Below, piece by piece: positions 10,059 to 18,891 of a stretch of DNA of 64,000 nucleotides. The translations under genes were made by a program, and so were the position numbers. The notes beneath the pieces were generated by a model. It was not told the DNA's origin. It saw only the letters and a program-made list of their open reading frames with translations, and ran no database searches. Positions within the stretch are counted from its first letter, which is position 1; each line of letters begins with the position of its first letter. The stretch is from Polyangia bacterium (GTDB taxonomy: Bacteria > Myxococcota_A > Polyangia > Fen-1088): the NCBI GenBank assembly GCA_036494575.1, contig DASXOE010000154.1, forward strand, positions 17,345 to 81,344, written 5' to 3'.

Positions 10059-10156
10059 CGCCAGGAATTTAACACGCGCCGGGCGCTCGAATCGACGCCG
10101 GGGCGCTGGCCTGGGGACTGAAGCGCCTTACCATGTCGTCGCGGAGGGAGGATCCC

Positions 10157-10591
10157 ATGGACAATTCGAACATCGCCAATGCATCGACGACCATCGACGC
10201 GCCCGTCGCCAAGGTGTGGCGCGCACTCGTGACGCCCGAGACCATCAAGCGCTACATGTTCGGCGCGACGGTCGTCTCCGAGTGGAAGGAAGGCAGCCCC
10301 ATCGTCTGGAAGGGCGAGTGGAAGGGCAAGCCGTACGAGGACAAAGGCGTGATCGTCCGCTTGGACCCGGGGCGGACGCTGCGCTACACGCACTGGAGCC
10401 CGCTGTCAGGCGCGCCCGAGACGCCCGAAAATCAGCACACGGTCACCATCGAGCTCGCAGGCGAGGGCGCGCACACGCACGTGTCGCTGTCCCAGGACAA
10501 GAACCACACCGAGGAAGAGCGCAAGCACTCCGAGGAAAATTGGAAGACGATGCTCGTGGGGCTGAAGAAGGTACTGGAGAGCGAGGGGTGA
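10157..10591 (+). CDS. SRPBCC / AHSA1 (activator of Hsp90 ATPase homolog)-domain protein
   Basis: IDAPVAKVWRALVTPETIKRYMFG motif. Strong SD (GGAGGGAGGA) 5 nt upstream of the ATG at 10157. Confidence 0.8.
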   Translation: MDNSNIANASTTIDAPVAKVWRALVTPETIKRYMFGATVVSEWKEGSPIVWKGEWKGKPYEDKGVIVRLDPGRTLRYTHWSPLSGAPETPENQHTVTIELAGEGAHTHVSLSQDKNHTEEERKHSEENWKTMLVGLKKVLESEG

Positions 10592-10933
10592 GGCGGTCGT
10601 CGCAAGGCGAAAACCGTAAAGACCGTTCCGAGACGGCCCCGCCGCCAGCGAGATCAGCTCCCCGTTCCCTATCCCCTCGTCCCTGTCACATCCCCGCTCG
10701 CCCCCTGTCCCTCTCCGATCTCGCTGGCGGCCTCCCCCTCCCTCCGCGTGCCACCCCCGGTACCCGTCTGCACCTTTCGTCTTATCGTGCTGAGATCAGC
10801 GTAGGCGCGAAGACGTCAATGTGGTGTTTCAGTTTGGAGGATTCTTTGGTCTTACGGGGTGACGTTTGACGTTGTGACGTCGCGACGCTGTGACGTCGCG
10901 ACGCTGTGACGCTGTCCCGACTTTCGCGGACCC

Positions 10934-11554
10934 ATGGCGAAACCCAAGCACTTCTCGATGCTCCGCGACTTCACCGTCGCGGATTTCCTGACGCTGGGGA
11001 ACGCCGCTTGCGGGGTGGGCGCCATCTTCGCGGCCATCTCGTACGTCGAGACGGGACAGCTCTGGCATTTTTACGTCGCGGCGGCGTTCGGCCCGCTGGC
11101 GTTCGTTTTCGACGCGCTCGACGGGCACGTGGCGCGCTGGCGGCACGAGCACTCGTCGATGGGCCGCGAGCTCGATTCCTTGGCGGACGTGATCTCCTTC
11201 GGCGTGGCCCCCGCCGTGATCGCCTATGCGGCCGGGCTGCGTGGGGGTTGGGACCGCGCGATCCTCGTCGTCTTCGTCGCCTGCGGCGTCAGTCGGCTGG
11301 CCCGGTACAATGTGACGGCGGAATCCCTTTCGGCAGGAGCGGACAAGGTTCGGTACTTCGAGGGCGCGCCCATTCCGACCAGCTTGTGGTTGACGGGCGT
11401 CCTCGCGATCCTGGCGGCGACGGGCCACCTCGGAGAGGCCCTCTGGCCAGGCGCCGCGGACCTGGGACCGTTTCGCCTGCACGCGCTGGTGCTGCTCTTC
11501 GCGGCGCAGGGTGCGCTCATGGTCAGCAAGACGATCCGGATTCCGAAGCCCTGA
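10934..11554 (+). CDS. pssA: CDP-alcohol phosphatidyltransferase, phosphatidylserine synthase-like
   Basis: D-x2-DG-x2-AR...G-x3-D-x3-D motif (DALDGHVARW...GRELDSLADVISFG) and multiple TM helices. Confidence 0.8.
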   Translation: MAKPKHFSMLRDFTVADFLTLGNAACGVGAIFAAISYVETGQLWHFYVAAAFGPLAFVFDALDGHVARWRHEHSSMGRELDSLADVISFGVAPAVIAYAAGLRGGWDRAILVVFVACGVSRLARYNVTAESLSAGADKVRYFEGAPIPTSLWLTGVLAILAATGHLGEALWPGAADLGPFRLHALVLLFAAQGALMVSKTIRIPKP

Positions 11555-11581
11555 CGCCACGGGCGCGGCTGGCTCATCGAC

Positions 11582-12004
11582 TCAGTGGTGATAGGGCTCG
11601 CCGCGGATGATGCTCAGCGCGCGGTAGAGCTGTTCGCAGAGCACGACGCGCGCGAGGCGGTGGGGCAGGGTCAAGTTGGAGAGCGAGAGGCGGCGCGACG
11701 CCTTCGTGACGACGTGCGCCGGCAGGCCCAGCGCGCCGCCGATGAGGAAGGCGATCGTCTGCGCGCCGTGGAGCATCTGGTGCTCGAGATGCTTGGCGAG
11801 CGCCCCGGTGGTCCAGGCGTCGCCGCCGGGCTCGAGCGCGATCAGCTCCGCGCGCGCCGGCAGCCTGCGCGCGAGCGCGTCGTCGTCGTCGACCTCGACG
11901 ATCTCGACAGGGACGTGGCGGCGCGCGCGCTGGACGTAGTCGTCGCAGAGCGCCGCCATGTGGCGGTCGCGCATTTTCCCGACGGCCAGGACCACGATCT
12001 TCAC
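11582..12004 (-). CDS. rlmH: 23S rRNA (pseudouridine1915-N3)-methyltransferase
   Basis: SPOUT fold with the conserved C-terminal motifs; classic rsfS-rlmH adjacency. Confidence 0.9.
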   Translation of the reverse strand: MKIVVLAVGKMRDRHMAALCDDYVQRARRHVPVEIVEVDDDDALARRLPARAELIALEPGGDAWTTGALAKHLEHQMLHGAQTIAFLIGGALGLPAHVVTKASRRLSLSNLTLPHRLARVVLCEQLYRALSIIRGEPYHH

Positions 12005-12101
12005 TGGCCCTTCAGACCCTCACCCTAGTCCTCACCCCTGCGGGGAGAGGGAATCTTGGAGCGAGGCACGCTCCCTCAGCTCATAGAGCGTAGTAGGAAG
12101 C

Positions 12102-12725
12102 TCATAGAGCGTAGTAGGACTCGGGCTCGGAGATCTTGGCGTCGGCGGGGACGTCGAGTGGGACGCGGGGGGCTTCGATCCACAGGCTCTCGAGGTCGTA
12201 GAACTCGCGCACCGGGTGGAAAAAGACGTGGATGACGACGCTGCCGAAGTCGAGCAGCGTCCAGCGGCCGCTGCCCGTGCCCTCTTGGCCGAGCGCGAGC
12301 CGGCCGCGCGCCTTCATCGCCTGCCGGACGTTCTCGGCGATGGCGTCGACCTGGCGGTCGCTGCGGCCGCTCACGATGCCGATGAAGTCCGTGTAGCTCG
12401 CCATCGCGGACACGTCGATGAGCACGGGCGCCAGCGCCTTTTTGTCGAGCGCGGCGTCGATGGCGGCAATCGCGAGCGTCCGGACCTCGGCGAGCTCAGC
12501 GCGTGGCGCGCGGGCGGGCGGCGCCAACGCCGCGCGGTCCGTGACGCCCGATCTCAGGGCGCCGCGCACCGGAATCCGTCCAGCCTTGCGCGCGCTCACG
12601 GGCTGGCGCGATTTGGCGCCCTGTCCACCTCGATTTCGGGACCCGTCCGTCTTGCTCCCCTTGTTCCCCTTGCCCCCGGATCGCGTCGGACCTTTTGTTT
12701 TCTTCACCTGCTTCAATCGTAGCAA
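12102..12725 (-). CDS. rsfS: Ribosome silencing factor RsfS (iojap family); N-terminal extent uncertain
   Basis: The C-terminal ~120 aa match RsfS (DFIGIVSGRSDRQV...LLDFGSVVIHVF). The Lys/Arg/Gly-rich N-terminal extension may be real or the start may be an internal GTG. Confidence 0.75.
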   Translation of the reverse strand: MLRLKQVKKTKGPTRSGGKGNKGSKTDGSRNRGGQGAKSRQPVSARKAGRIPVRGALRSGVTDRAALAPPARAPRAELAEVRTLAIAAIDAALDKKALAPVLIDVSAMASYTDFIGIVSGRSDRQVDAIAENVRQAMKARGRLALGQEGTGSGRWTLLDFGSVVIHVFFHPVREFYDLESLWIEAPRVPLDVPADAKISEPESYYAL

Positions 12726-12766
12726 AGGGGTTCGGTGGTGGCCAGCGTTCGCGACCTCCGACTCGG

Positions 12767-13633
12767 CTATGGGGCCAGGGGGGCCGAGGGCGCCGGTCCG
12801 GACGGGGGAGGCGCGGCGTCGCGAGCGTTTTCGGCGGCGCGCCAGCGCCGCTCGAACGTCCGCACGAGCGCCACGAGGTACTCCTGCCCGAGCCCGAGGC
12901 GTCCCTCCACCTCGCTCGAGGCGCGGTCGAGCCAGCGAGCCTCGTGGCTGCTCGCGCCCTCGTCGTCGCTGCCCGGCACGGGATCCGTCGTCTGCCCGCC
13001 GCTCTGGGCCCAGCGGCGCGCGGCGCTCTCGATCTTCGAGTTCGCCCAGGCGGGCGCCTCGAGCATCGTCTGACCGAGGACGCGGCTGCCTTCGCGGAAC
13101 GCCTTCACGATGGCCGTGCGCTCGGTCTCCGCGAGCGCCGCGTGCATGACGTCGCGCAGCTCGATGGCGCGCGTGCGATCGATGCCCGCGCCCACGTGCA
13201 TCTTCGCGCAGAAGTGATCGAACAGCGTGCCGAGCTGGAACGTCGACGCCATCTCCTCGGCGCGGCGACCCACGGCGAGCACGGCGAAGAACTTTCTCCA
13301 GGCCAGCTTGAGCGCGAGCAGGGTCGCCGCCGTGAGCGTCGCGTTGCGCATGGCCGTCGACCCGCGCGGGTCGCCGAGCAGCTCGGCCGAGGAGGCCGCG
13401 AGGTCCACCTGCCGGCGCTCGGCGAGCTTCATGAGCATTCCCGCCTTCACGCGGCCCGAGAGATACTCGTCCATGACGGGGAGCGGGACGACGCCGCCCA
13501 CGGCCGTCGCCAGCAACGAGCGCCGCACGATGAAGCGGCGGTTGGCGGCGAGGTGGTCGAGCTCGCCCGGGACGATCTTGCCCGCCCCGCCGGGGAGCAC
13601 GATGAGCTCGGGCTGGTCGTCGTCTTCGTTCAT
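12767..13633 (-). CDS. Hypothetical protein
   Basis: Balanced composition and codon bias. ATGA overlap with the downstream lipoprotein gene. No confident family recognised. Confidence 0.5.
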   Translation of the reverse strand: MNEDDDQPELIVLPGGAGKIVPGELDHLAANRRFIVRRSLLATAVGGVVPLPVMDEYLSGRVKAGMLMKLAERRQVDLAASSAELLGDPRGSTAMRNATLTAATLLALKLAWRKFFAVLAVGRRAEEMASTFQLGTLFDHFCAKMHVGAGIDRTRAIELRDVMHAALAETERTAIVKAFREGSRVLGQTMLEAPAWANSKIESAARRWAQSGGQTTDPVPGSDDEGASSHEARWLDRASSEVEGRLGLGQEYLVALVRTFERRWRAAENARDAAPPPSGPAPSAPLAP

Positions 13634-14592
13634 GGCGTCTTTCCCGCGGGCGGCTTCGACGATTTCAGCGCGGGCGGCGCGGGGACCGCCCCCGGCTTCG
13701 CCGCGTGAGCGGCGGTCTTGGGGGCCGGGGCGGGCGGCAAGCGCGTGCTCGGCAAGCCGCCGAGCAGCTCGCGTTGCTCGGGCTCGATGCGCTGGCGGAG
13801 CGCCAGATCCTCGGCGGGCGGAGGGGTCACGGCCGCCGTGCTCCCGACGTCCGTGACAGCGCCGTGCACCTCGACGGCGCCCTTGAGGTCGCGGCCCTCT
13901 CGTTTGGTCGTGAAGGTCGCCGTGAGGTCGATCCCGAGGAGCGCGCCCGTGCCGTCGTCGACGAGCGCGCGACCCTGGAGGTCGTTGACGACGACGCCGG
14001 CGCGCCAGGCACGCAGGCCCTGCGGGGTGTCGCGCGGCGCCGGATCCTCGGCGCGCGCCGTGTCGCGCGCGAGCGCGTACTCGGTGACCGCGGCGCCTCC
14101 CGCGCCCGCCGGGCCCGGGGTTCGTCTGAGCGCGGCATAGGGCGCGGCGAGCTCCCAGGCCGCCCAGGGCGCGCCGAGCGCCTCTTCGAGGAGCTTCGTG
14201 GGCTCAGGCTCTTCGGCGACGCGACGGATCATCTTGCCATAGCGTAGCGCAACGAAGAGCTCGCGGCCCACGCGCGCGACCTCGCGGCCGCCGTCGCGGT
14301 CGTTCGTCTCGGACAGGCGGAAATTCCGCGCCCGGTCGACCCAGACGTCGGTCGTCGTCGTGACGCCGTCGTCGGGCGCCGCGACCCCCGCGACGAAGCG
14401 CGCCGTGCCGTGGTAGTGCGCGCCGCCCGCGCGCCCCAGCGCCTCCGCGAAGAACGCGGGCCGCAGCGCCTCGGCGAGGGTCGCCGTCTGCCGGCGCGTC
14501 TCGGCGTTGGAGCCCCGGGTGCACGCGAGGGCCGCGAGCGGGAGGGCGAGCAGGGACCAGGGGAGAAGGATTCGCTTCAAGCCGCCCGACAC
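13630..14592 (-). CDS. Hypothetical lipoprotein
   Basis: Signal peptide plus lipobox (LAALAC). Pro/Ala-rich C-terminal tail. Confidence 0.6.
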   Translation of the reverse strand: MSGGLKRILLPWSLLALPLAALACTRGSNAETRRQTATLAEALRPAFFAEALGRAGGAHYHGTARFVAGVAAPDDGVTTTTDVWVDRARNFRLSETNDRDGGREVARVGRELFVALRYGKMIRRVAEEPEPTKLLEEALGAPWAAWELAAPYAALRRTPGPAGAGGAAVTEYALARDTARAEDPAPRDTPQGLRAWRAGVVVNDLQGRALVDDGTGALLGIDLTATFTTKREGRDLKGAVEVHGAVTDVGSTAAVTPPPAEDLALRQRIEPEQRELLGGLPSTRLPPAPAPKTAAHAAKPGAVPAPPALKSSKPPAGKTP

Positions 14593-14609
14593 CTTAGCAT
14601 TGGCGAGGC

Positions 14610-15488
14610 ATGGCCGAGAGCGCCGCCTGGCTGTCGTCCTCTTCCAGCGCCTTTTCGCAGCTGGCGTCGTCGCCCTTCGCGATCGCGGCGGCCGGGATCT
14701 TCGGCGCGCTCTGGGGCAGCTTCTTCAACGTCTGCATCGCGCGCATCCCCGGCGGACAGTCGATCGTGCGCCCCGGGTCGCGCTGCGGCGCCTGCGGCGC
14801 GCCCGTGCGCGCGCTCGACAACGTGCCCGTGCTCTCGTACTTCTGGCTGCGGGGCCGGTGCCGCGCGTGCGCGGCGCCCTTCTCGGCGCGCTATCCGCTC
14901 GTCGAGCTCCTGGGCGCGCTGCTCGCGGCCGGGCTGTGGTGGCAATGCGTCGCGAGCGATCCCGAAGGCGCCGTCGCGGTCCGCCTCGCGCGCTTCGCCT
15001 ACGATTTCGCCTTCACGGGCGTGCTCGTCGTCTTGTCGTTCATCGATCTCGCGACGCTGCTGCTGCCCGACGTCATCACGTTGCCCGCGCTGGCGGTCTT
15101 CTTCCTGGCGGGCTTCGGCGTGCATGAGGCTTCCTGGCTCGCGCGCGTCGTGGGCGCCGCCGCCGGCTACCTCTTCGTGCGCCTGATCGCCGACTTCTAC
15201 TACTACGTGCTCAAGCGCGAGGGCCTCGGTCTCGGCGACGGCAAGCTGCTCGCGGTCATCGGCGTCGCGCTCGGCTGGAAGGCGCTGCCGCTCGTCGTCT
15301 TCGCGGGCGCCATCCTGGGCTCGCTCATCAGCATCCCCGTCGTGCTCGCGACGCGCCGAGGCCGGGGCGGCTCGGAGTCGCTGCGCGACGTGCAGGTCCC
15401 GTTCGGGCCGTTCCTGGCTCTCGGCGCGCTCGTGTACCTGTTCGCGGGTCGCGCCCTCCTCGCCTTCACGGGCGGGGCCTGGCTGTGA
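14610..15488 (+). CDS. pilD: Type IV prepilin leader peptidase / N-methyltransferase (A24 family)
   Basis: Tetracysteine zinc motif (CGACGAP...CRAC), a GLGDGKL aspartyl-protease motif, and eight TM helices. Confidence 0.9.
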   Translation: MAESAAWLSSSSSAFSQLASSPFAIAAAGIFGALWGSFFNVCIARIPGGQSIVRPGSRCGACGAPVRALDNVPVLSYFWLRGRCRACAAPFSARYPLVELLGALLAAGLWWQCVASDPEGAVAVRLARFAYDFAFTGVLVVLSFIDLATLLLPDVITLPALAVFFLAGFGVHEASWLARVVGAAAGYLFVRLIADFYYYVLKREGLGLGDGKLLAVIGVALGWKALPLVVFAGAILGSLISIPVVLATRRGRGGSESLRDVQVPFGPFLALGALVYLFAGRALLAFTGGAWL

Positions 15489-15599
15489 GCGGGCGCGGCT
15501 TCTTTACGAGGTGCGCCGCGGCTTGTTTCGCTGGTGCGACGGCCTATTTATCGTAAGGTCACGGGTACGCGGCCGAGAGCAGCGAACGAGGAGGGTCCC

Positions 15600-16358
15600 T
15601 TGCTGAAGGTCAAGGCGCGTTCTCAGGCGACGGCCGAGGTCGTCGCGCAGGTGCTCGAAGACGTCACGACGACCGAGCGCGCCGTCCGCCGGAGGCGCCC
15701 GGCGTGGCCCTTCGTTACCCTCTCCTGGGCGCAGAGCATCGACGGCAGCCTCGCGCTCGAGGCCGGGCGCGGCGTCGCTTTGAGCGGCAGCGAGTCGCTC
15801 GCGCTCACGCACGCCGTGCGCGCCGCCCACGACGCCATCCTCGTGGGCATCGAGACGTTGCTGGCGGACGATCCGCAGCTCAGCGTGCGGCGCTGGGCGG
15901 GTCGCTCACCCGCGCCCGTCGTGCTCGACAGCCGCTTGCGCACACCGCCCTCGGCGCGCGTTCTGTCGAGCGCGGGGCCCGATCGCGTCGTGCGCATCGC
16001 CTGCACGGAGGGCGTCGAGCGGGCGCGCGCCGCGGCGCTCGTCGAGAGGGGGGCGAGCGTCCTGGCCCTGCCGGCCTGGTCGAACGGATGGGTGGATCTC
16101 GAGGCGCTCCTCGACGCGCTCGGCGCCGCGGGCGTGCGCCGGGTCATGGTCGAGGGCGGCGCGCGCGTGCTCACGAGCTTTCTGCGCGCGGCGCTCGGCG
16201 ACTACGCCATCGTCACGGTCGCGCCGCGTTTCCTGGGCGGGCTGGCCGCCGTGGGCGCGCTCGATGAGGCGCGCCCCCCGCGCTTCACCTCGATGACGAG
16301 CCACCGCCTGGCCGATGACGTCGTGCTCGCCGGGCCACTCGCCTGGGGCACGACGTGA
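15600..16358 (+). CDS. RibD C-terminal-domain reductase (dihydrofolate reductase-like family)
   Basis: FVTLSWAQSIDGSLA...HAVRAAHDAILVG...RRVMVEGGARV motifs. Start chosen at a TTG 5 nt after GAGGAGGG (SD-like). Confidence 0.75.
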   Translation: MLKVKARSQATAEVVAQVLEDVTTTERAVRRRRPAWPFVTLSWAQSIDGSLALEAGRGVALSGSESLALTHAVRAAHDAILVGIETLLADDPQLSVRRWAGRSPAPVVLDSRLRTPPSARVLSSAGPDRVVRIACTEGVERARAAALVERGASVLALPAWSNGWVDLEALLDALGAAGVRRVMVEGGARVLTSFLRAALGDYAIVTVAPRFLGGLAAVGALDEARPPRFTSMTSHRLADDVVLAGPLAWGTT

Positions 16359-17386
16359 GACGTCAGGCGCTCGTCTTCGCCGGGCCCCGCCGCGTCGAGG
16401 TCGTCGAGGACGAGCTCGCGGCGCCGCCCGCCGGGCACGTCCTCGTGAAAACGCGTGTCTCTGCCGTGAGCGCGGGGACCGAATTGCTCGTTTACCGCGA
16501 CGAGCTGGCGCGCGGCCGCCCGCTCGACGAGAGCCTGCCGGCGCTCGCGGGCGGGTCCTTCGCGTTCCCCGCGCGCTATGGCTACGCCGCCGTGGGCGAC
16601 GTCGTGGCCGCGGGCGCGGGCGTGCCCGGTGGCTGGCTGGGGCGACGCGTCTTCGCGCTGCAGCCACACGCGAGCGCGTTCGTCGCGCCGCTCGAGGGCG
16701 TCCTCGAAGTGCCGCCTTCCCTAGACGCCGAGCGCGCCGCGCTCTTCGCGAGCATGGAGACCGCTGTCAACCTCGTCCTCGACGGCGCGCCGCGCCTCGG
16801 CGAGCGCGTCGTCGTCCTGGGCCAGGGCGTCGTCGGGCTCCTCGCGACCGCGCTGCTCGCGCGGTTCCCCCTCGAGGCGCTCGTCGTCGTCGACACCGTC
16901 GCGACGCGCGCCCGACGCGGCCTCGCGCTCGGCGCCCACGCCGCCGTCGCCGATGTCACGGCGGCGCGCGCCGCGCTCGTGGGGGCCGGCGGCGCCGGCG
17001 TCGGCCCCGAGCGGGGCGCCGACCTGACGTTCGAGCTCACGGGCAACCCGGCCGCCCTCGACGACGCGCTCGCGCTCACGGGCCGCGAGGGGCGCGTCGT
17101 CGTCGGCTCGTTCTACGGCGGCAAGCGCGCGCCCGTCGACCTCGGCGCCCACTTCCACCGCGGACGGCTCACGCTGCTCAGCAGCCAGGTGAGCCACATC
17201 GCGCCGGCTCTCACGGGCCGCTGGGACCGCGCGCGCCGCCGCGCCGCGGCCTGGGACGCGCTCGCGCGCTTCGACGCCGCGGCCGTCGTCACGCACCGCT
17301 TCGCGCTCGGGCGCGCCGCCGAGGCCTATGCGCGCCTCGACGCGGGCCCCTCCGAGGCGTTACAAGTTCTCCTCACTTACGAGTGA
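16355..17386 (+). CDS. Medium-chain dehydrogenase/reductase (zinc-type alcohol dehydrogenase family) oxidoreductase
   Basis: GroES-like N-terminus and Rossmann GQGVVGL motif. ATGA overlap with the upstream gene. Confidence 0.8.
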   Translation: MRRQALVFAGPRRVEVVEDELAAPPAGHVLVKTRVSAVSAGTELLVYRDELARGRPLDESLPALAGGSFAFPARYGYAAVGDVVAAGAGVPGGWLGRRVFALQPHASAFVAPLEGVLEVPPSLDAERAALFASMETAVNLVLDGAPRLGERVVVLGQGVVGLLATALLARFPLEALVVVDTVATRARRGLALGAHAAVADVTAARAALVGAGGAGVGPERGADLTFELTGNPAALDDALALTGREGRVVVGSFYGGKRAPVDLGAHFHRGRLTLLSSQVSHIAPALTGRWDRARRRAAAWDALARFDAAAVVTHRFALGRAAEAYARLDAGPSEALQVLLTYE

Positions 17387-17400
17387 AAGAGCGGAACGAC

Positions 17401-17799
17401 ATGAGTCGATACACGGTCGGCGTCCTTCGCGAGTTCATCGCGTCCCACTTTCTCTTCGGCGGGGATTGGGGCCGCGAGAATCAGCCGCACGCGCACCACT
17501 ACCGCATGGAGACGATCTTCGCGGGCGACGAGCTCGACCGCCACGGCTACCTGCTCGACATCGCAGTCGTCAAGCAGCACCTCGACGGTCTCGTGGCGCG
17601 CTTTCGCGACAAGATGCTCAACGACCTGCCCGAGCTCGGGGGCCGCAATCCCGGGCTCGAGCCCTTCGCGCGTGCTCTCGCCGAGGGCCTGTCCCGCGCG
17701 CTCCTCCCGGCGCTGCCGCCGCGCACGCTGACGGCGCTCATGGTGAAGCTGTGGGAGGACGAAGAGGCCTTCGCGACGTACACCCTCTCGTTTCCCTGA
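17401..17799 (+). CDS. 6-pyruvoyl-tetrahydropterin synthase / QueD-family protein; divergent active site (no Cys, HAHH instead of HGH)
   Basis: Family-typical layout (RENQPHAHHY...LLDIAVVKQ...LNDLPEL) but without the catalytic Cys of QueD/PTPS-I. Confidence 0.8.
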   Translation: MSRYTVGVLREFIASHFLFGGDWGRENQPHAHHYRMETIFAGDELDRHGYLLDIAVVKQHLDGLVARFRDKMLNDLPELGGRNPGLEPFARALAEGLSRALLPALPPRTLTALMVKLWEDEEAFATYTLSFP

Positions 17800-17811
17800 G
17801 CGCTGGACCGC

Positions 17812-18891
17812 ATGCGCATCGCCTTCGTCCTGCTCGGCGACCTCGCCCGCGTCTCGGGCGGGTTCGTTTACGATCGCATGCTCGTCGAGCGCCTGCGCGC
17901 GCGCGGCCACGTCGTCGACGTCGTGCCGCTGCCCTGGCGCTCGCGCGCGCGCTCGGTGACGGCGAACGTGCGGCCGCTCCCGCCCGTGCTCGCCGCCGCG
18001 GACGTCGTCGTTCAAGACGAGCTCTGCCACGCCGCGGTCTTCGCCAGCAACCGTCAGCTCCGGCGCGCCGGCATTCCGGTGGTCGCGCTCGTCCACAACG
18101 TCGCAAGCGCCGGGTCGCGCAAGCGTGGGCCCGGGCCGTCGCTCGGGCGCGCGCTCGAGCACCGTTATTTGCGCACCGCCGACGGCATCGTCGCCGTCTC
18201 CGAAAGCACGTTGCGCGACGCGCGCGCGCCGCTCGTGCGCGACGTCCCGAGCGTCGTCGCACGGGCCGGCCGTGACCACCTGCCCGCGCGCCGGCCGGGC
18301 GCCGCCGCGGTCGCCGCGCGCGCCCGCGCGCCCGGGCCGCTGCGCGTGCTCTCCTCGGCGGCGGTCGTGCGCGCCAAGGGCCTGCACCGCCTCGTCGAGG
18401 GGCTCGCGCGCCCCGGCGCCGGCTCGCTCGAGCTCGACGTCGCGGGCGCCCTGGACGTCGAGCCCGCCTACGCGAGAAAGGTGACCGCCCTCGTCGCGCG
18501 CTCGGGCTTGGGGGCGCGCGTGCGCCTGCACGGCCTCCTGACGGGCGACGCGCTCTGGTCGCTCTACGCGCGCGCCCACGTCCTGGCGCTGCCCTCGGAT
18601 CGTGAGTCGTATCCGCTCGCCGTCGTCGAGGCGCTCGGCTACGGGCTGCCCGCGCTCGTCACCGACCAGGGCGGCGCGCGCGAGGTGTTGGGCGACGGGC
18701 CGCAAGGACTCTGCCTGCCACCGGACGACGTCGGCGCCTGGGCGGCGGCGCTCGCGGCGTTCGCGGTCGATCGCGCGCGCCTCGCGCGCGCCGGGCGCGC
18801 GGCCCTCGAGCGCTTCGCGGCGCTCGGCACCTGGGACGACGTCGCGTCACGGGTGGAGGCGCTCTGCGCGCGCGTCGCCGTCCGCCGCTGA
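17812..18891 (+). CDS. Glycosyltransferase family 4 (GT-B fold)
   Basis: E-x7-E motif region (YPLAVVEALGYGLPALVTD) and GT4 layout. Confidence 0.8.
   Translation: MRIAFVLLGDLARVSGGFVYDRMLVERLRARGHVVDVVPLPWRSRARSVTANVRPLPPVLAAADVVVQDELCHAAVFASNRQLRRAGIPVVALVHNVASAGSRKRGPGPSLGRALEHRYLRTADGIVAVSESTLRDARAPLVRDVPSVVARAGRDHLPARRPGAAAVAARARAPGPLRVLSSAAVVRAKGLHRLVEGLARPGAGSLELDVAGALDVEPAYARKVTALVARSGLGARVRLHGLLTGDALWSLYARAHVLALPSDRESYPLAVVEALGYGLPALVTDQGGAREVLGDGPQGLCLPPDDVGAWAAALAAFAVDRARLARAGRAALERFAALGTWDDVASRVEALCARVAVRR

Noticed and set aside
12418-13149. Plus-strand ORFs (12418..13149, 12695..13708, 13227..13856) over the rsfS-downstream region
   Set aside because: Ser/Arg/Ala low-complexity translations antisense to better minus-strand genes.
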